A stretch of DNA of 56,708 bases, filler included, from Ionaspis alba (GCA_964255285.1; 4 parts of 4 records of this genome joined end to end with filler, not necessarily neighbours in it), one strand, 5' to 3'. Positions 1-13,816 are shown, numbered from the whole stretch's first letter. Notes: a model not told the origin generated them from the sequence alone. Numbers and translations: made by a program.

Positions 1-420
1 GGAGCGCAAACGGCGTCAAAGCAATCGAGTCCGAGGATTCAGCTCCGGAGGAGCAATCACCAAATCATCTCTTTACTGTAGGTGGTGAAGCAGCCGCAAA
101 GACATAAGGAGAACGAAGCAATGGTATTGGCTCTCGTCACCAGATACACATCAAAGGATATTAGTCCTCGATTTCAGCACATTTCTGTGCCTTTTACTTC
201 CAGGGAGCAATCCCAAACAAAAAGCAGTTCTCCACAATCCTAACGCTTATAGGACATGTCAAGCTGAACAACACAATAGCTGTAGCTATCGCTCCGAATG
301 GTGACGTTGCCCACACCATTAATCTCAAACATCGTTCGTGCATGGTCGCATTGCTTATATAACGGAAGAATCGATTATTATAAGAACCAAAGTTTTGTGA
401 TCTTTTTTACATAGACTTAG

Positions 421-1521
421 CACTTAAACCTCTTGCTGCAAGCAGTGGTAAGATTCTAGATGTCATGACGAGTCGACGGAGAAGACCAGCTGGCATTGCT
501 CGCTCTGTCGAGCCACAGGACGAGTTCCACTACTAACCATCGTGGTCTCGGGGACCTGTGCAAGGCCTCCGCTGCCGAGATCATTATCTCAGAGTGGAAA
601 ATCACCCACGATTGCCGGATACGCCGTCCTCTCTTCTGATGTCCAAGAACGGTCGACTGGGGACGCGGTCCGAGACTTTCGATGGATCCATTCGCTGTCT
701 TGGGACTGCATGCAGAAGATGAGCAGTCCTCCATGACCGGGTGCCGCTACCACATTGCTTGTTTCCTGGGCCATCAGGTCTATAGAGATGAACCGCGTGT
801 TTGCCTTGCGATTCTTCTTCACTCAACGCATGGTTTTCTTCCACACTTCAAGCGGAGAAACGAACGACATGCGTTCCACGCCTGCTGGGTATTCTTCTTT
901 CACCTCAATTTCCCGAGATGAGTGAACTACCAATCCTACCTCATCTCTCAACCATTCTGAAGCGCACTCCCTCACAAGAGCGTGGTCCGACCAATCCTTG
1001 CTAATCCATTTCAAGCTTCAATGCAAACAACAGACATTTCTACTGCACTCCTACCACGGATCTTTCCAATCTCAAGCTCCGTGAACATTAAAATCTCTTC
1101 ATAATAGCTGCGCTTGAATTAGCTCGGTCTACTATAATCCCGAGCCTGGAACAATCAGTTGGTGGTCTGATCTGCAGGGCAAAGTAATTTAGCTCATCCA
1201 CTGACTCGATTTGTGTTAACGCTCGAAGAAGACAACTCTGATCACGGCATGGCAGGAAACGAAGGGGAACAGGACCCCACGCCAGATATACTTTGGGGTA
1301 TGGCCGATGCAAGCGAACCCGCAGACACAGACACCGTCTAGTTTATTGATGTTGCCGCGGCGCCCCTACAATCTCCCTCTAAACGCAAGGTTGAAAAGGA
1401 TGATCACGAGGATTTCTACGAAGTTTCGGGCAATGATGACTCAACCAAGCGTCGTAAATCGGACCTATTTGAGGATTGGCCTACAGTGCAACCAGAAGAC
1501 AATTTTGAAATGGTGAACTAA
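421..1521 (+). pseudogene. Possible decayed gene of unknown family
   Basis: One reading frame gives protein-like text ending in an acidic/NLS-like tail (SPSKRKVEKDD...KRRKSDLFEDW...EMVN*), interrupted by about 11 stops. No family recognised; stop depletion is weak. Confidence 0.25.
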
Positions 1522-1655
1522 CCAATAGGCTTCGTCGCTGAGGACAGCCGAAAAAGGAAAATGGGGGGCAAGATATTGGGCCAAGACTCAGGCATAGGGG
1601 TTATCAAGGTGCCAAGGCTATGCTAGTGCACGTGACTCGCGTATGTATATAGTAC

Positions 1656-1792
1656 TGTCAAGGACGGAAAGAGGCAAGCAGGGCGGACAAAAGTTTAACC
1701 GTTAGTAGCGTAGTCCAGATAGTACTTCCTACCTTTCAGGTACTTAGAAATTCTACATCTTGCACCTCAACGCTGACTACCCACGTTTCTCA
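1656..1792 (+). mobile_element. 137-bp solo-LTR-like (or MITE-like) element, copy 1
   Basis: Starts TGTCAAGG, ends TTCTCA; GTAC at 1652-1655 and 1793-1796; reverse complement of 38121-38257 with 10 substitutions and no indels. Confidence 0.8.
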
Positions 1793-2496
1793 GTACCCTT
1801 TTAGTCTAGAATCAATCTACAGAGTTACACACGACAAGAGACCACCCCCCCCATGCATGGTTGCGTAGTCTTGACTCAACAATCTGTTTACCCCCAATAT
1901 CTGGTCACCCTTGTAATCTGGATTTTATCTCATGATTGATGGTGGAGCGCGACGCCTACAGACGGTCAAAGCCCACGAAGAGCAGCTCGCAGAGCAAGAT
2001 CAACGCCTAGCCATCCTGTATGATCAGCTACGGCACATGGAAATCACGAACGACATGGACCGCGTAGGTGCCGGGCTTTCTCACGAATTTGATTTGCTCG
2101 CCCGTTGGGCATGGACGTCAACTGGTTTGCCGTGGAACGCTATCTCAATAAATCGATTGCTTTTTGAGTGACTCGCAATTGGTGTACTTCGTATGAGCTG
2201 GTGGAGGAAATTTACCTCTGATGGGTTTTCATTGGCCAAAGTTTTTTTCAGCCGACGTCAATCATACTTTCATACTAGTTTGTAGACAACACAGCTTGTC
2301 CAAAAGCCAGGAACACCAAAACCTCTACGTTTTGAAAATTCAATATAAATTCAACGCAATTCTAATAATTCGGGATTAAAGTGTCATGCAGTATAACAGA
2401 AGCAGATATATTATCTTCTGTATTCTTGTTCTAATTGAATTTAAGACACAATTACTATATTTTTATTATTTGCAGTGTGAAAACGCACCGTGTTAT

Positions 2497-2530
2497 GGTA
2501 GAGGAAGGAAGGTAGAGGAAGGAAGGAAGG
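2497..2530. repeat. Short purine-rich tandem repeat
   Basis: GGTAGAGGAAGGAA twice, followed by further GGAA units. Confidence 0.6.
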
Positions 2531-3013
2531 ACGTAGCTACTAGTATATAGTCTCTTCATCGAGGACCAGAAATGAAGCATCCTTTACCTCCTGAAGACTT
2601 TGAGATGCGCGTTGCACACCTAAGAAAATGGTCGGATTCAATGCCGCTTGCCTTAGTAATCGGAATCCTCCCCAGAGATAAGGCGACGTCAAATTATTTG
2701 GTGCCAACTCAACCTTCCAGTGAAGACACAATAATGAGTTATGCAGTCGACCGTTTGCAAGATCGTTTGTTGTGTGACCCATATGGCGTTTTGTTGTGCG
2801 ACTTACTTGGGTTGCTTTTCTGTCGAAGAATTTGCAGGCTTCCTTGGAGTGTCCCCTATGGCGCGTTTTATCTCCTGCGCTTTCGCGAGACTTGTTCTCA
2901 ACACACAGCATTGTCTAGGGCTCCAAAAGCTTGCGCGCGTCGATGAAGCCTTCCAATTTCTTCCTGCACTTCTTCTCAACATATTTCAGCCCCCTTGAGC
3001 GACGCTGGCAACC

Positions 3014-6000
3014 ATGGCCTTGCTCGAGTCGGTCTTTAACCATTTGGTTCTGCCGCCCAAGCTGCCCGGACAGCAGGATATAGACATCCAGGGCATTGAA
3101 CAAAGCATCCTGACTCGTCTCATACGTGCCTGCGATACCTTAGGCAAGCTCACAGGTCAACAATTTGCAGGAACATGGACTTCTCTTCGCCATTCTCTTC
3201 TCGTTTGCCTTAATGTCAATCAAGGCCGTCTTGAGAAGGCATCGATGCTGCAAGAATTCTGTAATCTCCAACAAAATGATCTCCTTATCTTGTATGTGGT
3301 GGAACAGAATGCTGCACTCCTTATTCGACGTCATATCAAGTAAGTATCACAACTCAATAAAGCTCTATCCAAATTCCGACTGAAGCGAATAAAGTAGTGA
3401 TGGTGTAGACAACGTTATCTTCGAAGTCTTCGAAGCATCGCCTTCTTCCCAGGACGTCCTCGCCGCCGAGAATACACTCCAATGGGACTTCCCGGGCCGT
3501 GCTGTCGAGATACCTTTCAACGAATTCCTTAAAGAATCTTTCCGGGAGAGCCTGGCTATCTTTCTTCAGCAAGCTAGCATGGAGTCTCTGAAGCGCTTCG
3601 AGGCACGTTCTGCCAAGGCGAAAGCCTCTGTCATTGAGGCGCGGGATACCACCGACCCAGCTCTCGTTACGCAGATGCTCATGCCCTTACTTGAAGCAGT
3701 CGGATCCTCTGTGGATGTGCCCAGATTCAGAAAGCGAGTGCGGGATGATGTCAATATACAAGACGCGGAGTTTCCGTGGAGAAGACTGCCGTTTTGGCTT
3801 GTTCTTCGCGTCGCCAGTCAGCGTCAGCTCTGCCTTAATCTTGGGGACGAAACTGGACGGGCATGCTACAAGTTCTTTATTTGCACTGTTCTTGCTCAGC
3901 TTCTTGAGGATTGTGCTGGTCAGCTTGCCCCGGAGTTGACAATGATACTCAAAGCCAAGTTGTGCCGCCGTCTTGCGAAGCTGGAGGTTGACAAATCCCA
4001 GATCCACTCCACCTCCACTATCTATAAGCAGCTCTTCAGCTCAATCAGTCCAGTATTGAAGGGAATCATTGAAAAGGCTACAGAACAGGTCGAGTCAACC
4101 TGGGCTAATTTCAAGAGAGTAATCGCACGACGTATCCCAACACTCCCATCTCGCGCCGATGAGCAGGCTCTCCACCTTTCCCTTCCAAACAGCGGAGAAT
4201 ACCTCTCTGATCTTATCACCTTACCTCATGTACAACGGCGAGATCCTGCATCGCTGCATGTTCCTCCCTTGGGTGATGGCACGATGGAACAAGTCACAAA
4301 GTTCACTGATCACTACTTCAACTTGGCTAGATTAGAGTCTGGCATCGAGAAGGGACGAACATTAGCACCCAATACCGTGGCAGAATGCCAAGCTCGTTGT
4401 CTTAAACTGGCAAAGTCAATTGCCGATGTGTTCACCGCGGTTGGGAATTCTTATACCTCTAATCCAGAGCAAATGAGCATCTTCATCTTGAATTTATTCG
4501 ACCTCTGGGTCCAAATGGATGAATGTGCTGTTAAAGCCTGCCCTCTCCTCCGCGACTACGCCTCAGTATTCAGGCCCGAGCTGTTGGACGTTTTGCAACT
4601 CCCTACGTTATTAAGCATGCAGCGCCTCCAAGATATCCAGAGACATCTCTGGATCAGATATAACAATGGTCGGTTTGGTCACAAGACGATTTTCAGCGAA
4701 CCCGATGAGAACTGCTTCGCTGCGCGATATCTGGAGCAGTCTTCTCGGTTGTGCAACCTGCGGCAACAGATCGAGACAGCCTCAAATAGATCACGCGGAA
4801 ACAAGAAATCCGAATGGAACAACGCTTGTGATGAGTACGACGATCTCAGCGAGAAAATTTCCAATGGTACTTGTGTCTGCTCGACCAATCATGATGGATC
4901 TCGCAATGTCAAAGGATGTAAAAAATGCTGGCACTGGCGCTGTCGGAAACGAATGGAAATCGCTATCCACGAAGACTTCCTCCCTAAAGACGGTGCTCGA
5001 AAAGCGGCAGTAGTATTTGAGCTCGAAATTCCAAGCTTCCTGGCGGCGTATCGAGATGCCACATTCCAAATGTTCAGCGATCTAGGGTACCCGAGCAAGC
5101 CCAGTTCGTCTTCGCCACCAGTCATGCTGCTGAAAGACTACTCCCAACTTCAACACTACACGAAGTCGACTGTAAACGGTGTCTCGCTTGCGTCAGCAAA
5201 GAAGTCCTTTCTGCAGACCCATTTCAAGGCATTCAAAATGAAGGTCGACCTATCAGATATTCTCTTGCCGCTTGGGCTAGACTTTGCATACTACGATATC
5301 AAGTCCGGGGTATGGCTGAAAGACCTCGACAGACAGTTGACATTTCAACATCTCTGCGGAATCCATGTTCCGCGCAGTCTGCAAGCCTCAGTCGTTCGAT
5401 CGTCGGTGCATCCCGCTCCCAATGTCGATGGGCCATCATCCTACGAGATCATAGCGAGTCAAACCAAATGCCCGTCAGACATTTCCGTACACGAATTCAT
5501 GGGCTATCAAAGATTGCTCTCTGGGAAGACTCGTCGCTGGCTGACCATGCTAGTGGAGTTAGGTGCCTCAAACCTCAATTTCAGTGCCGAAGATACCATG
5601 CATATGTTCAACCAACTCGCCGTGCAAGCAGGGCCGGCACAAAATGAAATCCACCTTCTGCGAGATGCTCACTTGGTCTTCCAGGATCAGTCTTTTTGCC
5701 AGCGTTTGACAGAACAGATCGATAACCGTCTTCGCAATATAGCCACGAACTGGCGCGAGATACATTGCATGGAGATACTCATCACCTTAAGCCTTCGACT
5801 CTTCAGCTTGACTTCTGGCCGAGATCGCCAATCTGCGGAACGATTGCTCGAGGCCGCGCGTAAGTCAACTTTACAATGGATCTCCCGGCTCCGTGACGAA
5901 GTTAGGAATGCACCCGAGGCTGACGCAGCAAAGAGGGCTGCAACATACGGATTCTGGGCTGCTCTGCTTTGCCGAAGGACCTTCACCACCTTTATCGAAT

Positions 6001-9000
6001 CAGATTCCGAGATAAATGCAGAGGATCTATGTTCCTTTGTTCAGGCCTCGGTGGCTCTACAGGAGAATCTCGTGGTAGATCTTGCGAAGCTACCCTTGAA
6101 TCTAAAAAATATCCTGGTCAGAGATATGAAAATGGCATTTTGGATACAATCACGTATCAAACAATCTATTGAATCCAATCCTGACAGCTTGGGAGCTGCG
6201 ATCAATAAGACTTGGTCCGATTCTGGAAATTCTACTGGGAGGACTTATTCTCATTGGGAGTTCCTTTCCTCCCCGAACAAGAGATGGGTCATGTCGGTTA
6301 TCACTGGTACGGCTAACAAGTTCATCGTCTCTCAGGTAGTCCACTACAACTTTGTTGAGGGACACCTGCTAGTGGACGGGAAGCCATTGGGAAGGTTGCC
6401 CCTAGACATCAGAGAATCAGAGGATGTCAAGGAGCTCTTCGGAAACCAACATCTTCTGACCTTTCCTTCGTCGCTTAGAGACATGAGTCACGAAATGGCA
6501 ACTCGTATACAGGGTAATGAAGTTCATTTTGGCCTTCGCGGAAAGAGCGTGGTTATTCGAGCTTTCAACAAAGACGGTCTTTTGGAATATGTTCCTCGGC
6601 GCGTATTCATGGACAACGACAATTTTGATTTACCCTCGGGTCTTATCGAAAATTGCGTACACTGGCTCAATCTCCATACCAAGTGCCTGGAAATCCGACG
6701 GAAACCTGTTATATGGAAGAGAAGGCAGAGTGATTGGATTCTAGATGTCTTGAATCGTCGGGCGCGGCGAAGGGCGGTATTTTTGATTGATCCCCACTCC
6801 GACCTTTGCAAACGCGTGGCTGGGATTTTCCGCCACTTCGAGGATCCCCAGCGGTTGACTGTTTTCCAACCCACGATGGGCAAGCTTTCTGTTGAGATGC
6901 GGCGCCTTGAGCTCTCTTTCTTTGTCAATAAAAACAATCTTCTTGAGTGTCGAGAGCTGCACGCAGAGATCGATCCCAACCAGGACGCGGGGACGTTTTA
7001 CGGATTCCAGAGCAAGATTGTGCTTCGCGATGTGGCTAATATTGAGCGGCGAAGCATAATTACTGCGCTGGGACAGCTGACCTACAAGCGCCATGGTATG
7101 CATATTACCGTTTGGGCGAGCAGCACCAACGAATATGGCAGGTTTGGAATCGACGATGTTCTGGGACGATTGTCCTGTCCGCCTGAGCCGCGATTACTAT
7201 ACTCCAAAGCTCAGTTCCATGCATTCACCTCCTTTATTTTGCCCGATCCTCTCACAGGGCGCACTGGCACAGAGGAGGCTCTGCACACACTCAGATCAGG
7301 CTATTCTCAGCCCTGGACGCCGATAAGCGACGGTCCTGCCTCTATCCTGAGAGTCATCAAGAGATTAAGCCCGCGCAGAGAGTATTATCCCAAAGACAAG
7401 AGACGTCTGCAGACCGTTATTTGGGACCAACAATTAACCATGAGTGTTCAACACGATAGCTATGAGGCTCTCGTCCAAGAGATATTGGCGAAATCAGACC
7501 GACTCCGAGCCTTTACCGCGCACAACGACGAAGCGATAGATCTTGATATCGAGATGTCTTCCCACCTTCGAAGGCGTAGCGAGATACGTCGCCTTCTTTA
7601 CGAGCGCAGTATCTCTGATGCAGCCGGATTGAGAGCCGGGAAGGACATGGTTTACAACCCTAGAGATCGACAGGCCAGTTTATCCCAAGCCACCAATGTT
7701 TACCAAATTGTGAGACTCCTTCGCAAGCGACCGTTTAGTATACACATGACAAGAAAGCTGGCAGCTATTCTTCATGACTGGAATTTGATTGGTGGGTTTC
7801 ATTACAACCCCGATTCAGAATGCATTTCGAGTTGTCTGAGCGATCTGACTGAGAATAACATCGGCGAACAATGGGGAAGCCTCGTGAACCTTTGCCGACA
7901 TACTGATACTCTGGATTCGTATAGATTGATGTTTAGGCTGGCTCTCTTGTCATTTGGCCAAAAGCCTGAAATGGATGCGATCCAGTCGCTAGCTGCATTC
8001 GGTTGTCTGAATGAATTGAAAGTTCTACAGCCGCCGTCCAGTCCTTCTTTTGCTGAGTTCAAGCTCTGCGCATCTCCAACGCTTGAATCGCTTCTGAAAT
8101 TCATTGCAGCCGACTACCCCATTGTGGAACCGAATACTAAAAAGAATAAACGTCAGCAAGATCTGTCTCAAGAGAAGCATCGGAGTCTGTGCGAGGCTGA
8201 AGGGAAAAGTCTAGCCCGCTTCCTCCTGGAGCAGTGGCCCAGCCCGGAACCATCAACAGATGGATTCGACTCGACCGTAATTGATGTCGAGCTAGCCTTA
8301 GAAAGAATTCTACCTGAGTGGCAACGCCTATATCGGAATATGGGCCTTTCCGACTATGTTATTCAAGCTCAGGAGATTCTGGATCACTACAAAGGCGCGA
8401 AAGACATATCGGTACCGCGAGTGTGGAACCAAAACCCTACAGTCTTCTGTACGCCTGAACGTGATTCTGTTATTCCATCACTATCTGCAGATCTTCTAGT
8501 GAAATGCGGGCCTCTTTCTTGCGGCTACTCGTCTCCTACTCATGAAGTGCTTCTGAGTAAGGATCTGTCCTGTGATGTACATTCCCCCAACGAGCGGAAC
8601 AACACCTACCGTAAAACCACTTCACCTAAGGAGGTCATTGAGCTCGGTAAAATCTTGGGTTCATTTGCCAGATCTCCAGACGTTCTGCGGCAAGAATACG
8701 GAAATGATTTGATAAGGAGTCTTCTTGCTTTAGAGAACGTCAGCAACCAACCCAAGCTTCAAGAGACGCCGCCAGATGTCAATGTTGTCAGAGAGGACAT
8801 CGAAAAGGCTCGTGTGACTTTGGATTATGAGTTTGACCGCATTCAGAATGCCTTCTCCGCCGAGGACGATCGCTTTCAGTGGCTTCAACTGGGTACTTTA
8901 TGGCCATGCATCACTCCGATAACAATTCTTGAACAGCTGCGTTCAAGTTCTGATCATCAATTCGGAAATAACATGAGAGAAGGTTTGGTTTCGTATGGCG

Positions 9001-12000
9001 TTCTACTTACAACCTTGCAGAGGCTTCTCCGAATCAGACATGCCCAATTAACAGGAGACCATCGTAAGCTGCTCGACGAATGGCGAAATAGCGGTCATGA
9101 AAACTGGAGCCCACTAGAGTTCCCTGACTGGTTACTTCTTGAGATTGGGAGCGACCTCCTCATTCGCTGTGAGCAGATAGATGTTGCCCATGCAATTATA
9201 TCTCCGGCATCTGGACTAAACTCTGTGTTGCAAATGAACATGGGCAAGGGTAAGTATATCACCTCCTGACCTTTCAGATCCAAGGCAGTGTGGCCTTTCA
9301 TGCGGACAAGTCTCTGCTTTGGAATAAAATGTAAACTGGCATACTAACGGTTTTTAAGGCAAAACATCTTGCATTGTACCCATGGCTGTGGCGGTTCTGG
9401 CAGACAAGAAGCAGCTCTCGCGCCTGATCGTGCCAAAGGCATTGCTATTGCAGACAGCTCAGACAATACAGTCGAGACTGGGAGGGTTAGTAGGTCGAGA
9501 GATCAGACATATTCCATTCTCTCGCCGGACATTAACCACGCCGAACATGCTCCAACTGTACTCCGAGCATCATCGCGAAATTCGCCGCTGTTGCGGTGTT
9601 ATTCTTACCACTCCTGAGCATATCTTGTCGTACAAGCTCAGCGGGCTCCAACGCCTCGCGGACTCAAAGTTTGCAGAGGCGCAGGAGATGGTCGAATTTC
9701 AATCATGGTTAACCAACACGTGTCGCGATGTTCTTGATGAATCGGATTTCACCTTGGCGGTCAAGACACAATTGATCTACCCGAGTGGACCACAGATATC
9801 CGTTGATGGACATCCACACCGCTGGAAGGTCGCACAGATATTGTTGTCTCTGGTTGAGGATGATCTCCCGGATCTTCAACGCGATTTCCCACGAAGCGTT
9901 GAAATTGTCGAACGACCTCGTGGATTTCCCATGGTACACTTCCTTCAGACGGATGCTGAAGACGCCCTGCACCACCGAATCATAAATGACATCTGCGATG
10001 GACGGATTTCCTTCCTTCGTCTGGCAGACTCAATATCATCTGTCAGTAAACGTGAGATCAAGCGCGTTCTATCGGAGGAGCATCTCGATCATAAGCTCAT
10101 CAAGCGGGTATCAAGGTTTTTTGCAGATAAGTCTTCGGCATACAAGAACATCCTCCTTGTCCGTGGGTTGTTTTTGAACAGGATTCTCTTGCTCTGTCTG
10201 AAGAAGAGATGGAATGTGCAGTACGGACTGCACCCAAACAGGCATCCTATTGCAGTCCCTTTCGATGCGAAAGGCGTTCCATCTGAGCAGGCAGAGTTTG
10301 GTCATCCTGATGTCTCCATCTTGTTCACTTGCTTGGCTTTCTATTACTCAGGCCTCAACCCATCTCAGTTCCGCGAAGGTTTACAGCATGTTTTGAAGTC
10401 TGATGACCCAGCAGCCGAGTACGATAGCTGGACCTACGGTTCTGATACCCTGCCAGAAGCTTTGCATCACTGGAATGTCATCAATGGAGATGACGAAGGG
10501 CAAATCGAAGAACTCTGGCGTCATCTTCGACTTAGCAGAAACGTCCTTGATCACTACATGAACAACTTTGTCTTCCCTGCTCACGCTAAGCAATTCGGCG
10601 TAAAGCTGCAGGCTTCTGGGTGGGATCTCCCCTTACTCTCGATATCGCAACCAGAAGAGACCTCTGGCGCCAAGACAACCGGATTCAGCGGCACAAATGA
10701 CAACAGGATGATGCTCCCGCTAAATATCAGACAAGATGACCTACCAAGCTTACGCCAAACTAATGCAGAGGTGCTCACTTACATCCTGCAAGGCCGGAAC
10801 CGGCAGTATAAACTCGCGGCTTCCAAGGGAAAGCGCTTGACAGAGGAAGAGCTACTGCGAAGGATTGCGGAAATGGAAATCAGGATTCTGATAGATGCCG
10901 GTGCCTATATCCTGGAGATGGACAATCGGACCCTCGTCACGGTATGGCTAGCTATAGACAAGCAAGCTAAAGGGGCTGTCTATTTTGGTGCTGATAACAG
11001 AGCCTGGGTCCAGTATCGAGGAGGAAAGGAGGCCCCTCTAGTCGCCACCCCTTTTGCCGAGAACCTTGACGAATGCCTCGTGTACATTGACGAAGCCCAT
11101 ACCCGTGGAATAGACTTGAAGCTGCCTCAGAAAGCTCGCGGAGCATTAACTCTGGCTCTTGGTCAGACGAAGGATCACACGGTGCAAGGTAAGCTCATTG
11201 CCATCAATCGTCCCGAATGACGAGTATATTTAACATATCCAGCTGCTATGAGACTTCGACAACTAGGAAGCACCCAGTCTATCGTTTTCTTTGCCCCTCC
11301 AGAAGTCCACCAGAGCATCTTAGACGTGTGCAAGAAAATATATGGAAAGATAGTCGACTCTTCCCATATTGACTCTTCTCACGTCGTGAGCTGGCTTCTG
11401 GAACAGACCTGCCGTGCCAACGAGCACTTGCAGAATCTATATCTTGCACAAGGGACAGATTTCTGCCGCCGGACGAACGCGCAATTGGAAAACGTGAAGT
11501 TCCTTACCGAAAAGGGTCACCGAGAAGCCTATCTCAAAGTTATTCAGCGTCCAGAGCGCCAGACTCTTGAGCAGCTGTACGGAGTGATAAAAGACACCCA
11601 GCCTAGTTCCCTCTCTGACGTGCCTTCTGCGGAACTGAAGGGTTTCATGGAGGAGCTCCATAAGCAGGGACGAGCAGCACACGGCAACGGACATGTCATT
11701 CATAGCTCTGCACTAGAAGAAGTAGAGCAGGAACGAGAAGTCGAGTTCCAAATCGAGGAGGTACGTCAGATGCAAAAGCCAACGCACTACAAGGCCCTCA
11801 CATTCCCGGGTCTGTATGCGGCTGTCTCTCACTTTGTCAAAACTGGCGACCTTTCTGGCGGAGACGGGTACGAACATATCTTCGACGCTTTGGCGCGTAC
11901 GGACATCGGTCAAAAATATAATGTGTGCCGTACGACATCGCAGCTGTTTGTCTCGGCGGAATTCAAGCGCACTATTGAGCTTGTGAAGCGTGTCCCGAAT

Positions 12001-12697
12001 GATAACTTCCTGGTAAGTTCATATCCCGTTGCCGTTCTTTGTCCCTGGTGGTGCTGAGCGGCGTCTTCCACAGCGGCCCGTTGAATGGATCTTGTGGAAC
12101 CCTTCAAATGAGACGGCCCTCATAGTTATCCCCGAAGAGGCTGAACTCCTGATACCCGTTATTCGGGCAGCGAGAAAGCCAAAGGTACACCTGATCACGT
12201 ATGCTGCCCCTGTCACAAAAAATATGCTGCACTTCAATGGACTTTCGTACTACGTCCTCCCTCGCCTACCCGCTGGCTACACAGCTCCTGAATGGTTCTC
12301 CATCGAACTTGGAATATTCGCTGGTCGGCTCTACATCAGCTTCCCAGAGTGTACCCCTCTGAAGAAATACCTGCTGCTTGCAGACAAGACCGATACAGAA
12401 GCCCCGCAGAGCAACACCGAGCATGTCGGCGTCTTTACTAAGAATCCTGTCAACTTCCTTCTGGAATGGCTCACTCTCCGCCGCAAGGGGCAAGACATTA
12501 TGCACACGCCCATGGGCTATGTCTGCCAGGGACGGCCGTTACACGAAAACCATCCTTTCTTTGTAACACGGAGTGCAGATGCTGGGAAGGTTGTAATCCC
12601 TTCAGTGGAAGGTAGCGTTGGTCGCAATGTAGACGAAGCTGAAGACGGGGATACGGACCTTGAAGATGAGTGCGATCTGCTGGATCACCTAGGCTAG
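3014..12697 (+). CDS. Giant DUF3638/DUF3645-domain P-loop NTPase-like protein (~3,133 aa, 5 exons)
   Basis: Exons 3014-3339, 3398-9249, 9359-11188, 11243-12012, 12074-12697 join in frame through GT-AG introns (9,402 nt). Splicing creates the Walker A-like QMNMGKGKTSCIVP. Also DVLDESD, RWNVQYGL...AVPF...FGHPD, GFSGTND, LIDAGA, DEAHTRGIDLKLP, EVEQEREVE and N-terminal NHLVLPPKLP, typical of this fungal family. Confidence 0.88.
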
Positions 12698-13336
12698 CAA
12701 GGTACGGATTTCTGTCACTTGTGAGGCAATACTTTGAGGGATCGGACTATTACGGCTGTCAAAATTATGCGGAAGGTTATGATGAGTGACACTGTCATGT
12801 GCTTAGCACTTTCAAATCAAGATTTCTCTCAAGTATGATCTCTTCTAGACGTGGCTTGAGGACATTGAAGGGTTGTATAACATCTAAACGTTCTATAAAG
12901 AAGCGAATTGATCAACGCGAACTGTAGGAACGTAAATGGCTAGTGTTATTGTCCACGAACTCGGTAAGGTCGAGTAGGGTTTGACAAGTCGAGTGCTCAA
13001 GCAGGAAACTAGTGCAGAAGTCTGGGCAAGGAATCAGAATAATTCTCTTGACAACAGATCTGTGAGCTATAATTGGGATATTCAGACATCTTCAAAGTTA
13101 GAACTGCTATATGCACTCTAAATTGATCTACAATCATGCTCCATCGCGTCCGACAGAGCTCTATGCAGCCGGCGCGTCATGACGTAATTGAATACTTCGC
13201 TCGAGCATCGACAATTGAGCAACGACATCGGCATCTTTCAAATCTACCAAAAAGGAATTGCCTACCAGCATCCAGTACTTGCAAACGCACACTCCGCTTT
13301 CAGTCAAAGCTCGAGTTCAGTAACACAACAGTCAAA

Positions 13337-13816
13337 ATGGTGAAAGACGACCAGACCGTCATTGAGCAAGTGCCCCACGTCTCACGCAGATCGTCAAGTG
13401 CTAACCGTGACTTACTGCAGAGAATTCAACGAGCTCGTCAACATGACAGCCGACGAGCTGGAGACTTGGCTCAAGGAAGAGCAATCCGAAGGCGCAGGCT
13501 GGAGCAAAGGGGACGAATCCGGCGAGACAATCGGACATGAGAGGTACAACGTTCCCTTCTCCCACAGATCGCTCTTGCCATTGTCCATCGGCCAGCTCAC
13601 CAATAGTCCCTCAGTGGCCGCAAGATCGTCGAGATCCTCAAGAAGAACCCCAAAAAGGACCCCTCGAAGTACGACGAGGACGACGTCGCGCACATGCGTC
13701 GAGTCGCAGCATACTGCAAGAGGCATCTAGCCCAAGAGGAAAAGGCGAAGCAGGATCCGAATTCGAAGAGTGCGAAGTCGTTGAAGAATTGGGGGCATGA
13801 TCCACAGAAGGCATGA
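13337..13816 (+). CDS. DUF3140-family small protein (3 exons)
   Basis: Exons 13337-13365, 13421-13543, 13615-13816 give MVKDDQTVIEEFNELVNMTADELETWL...GETIGHESGRKIVEIL...HMRRVAAYCKRHLAQ...SLKNWGHDP, the DUF3140 signature. First intron is GC-AG. Confidence 0.85.

Noticed and set aside
1932..2946. Short ORFs 1932-2171 and 2572-2946 as genes
   Set aside because: No recognisable motif or convincing splice model; possibly relics.
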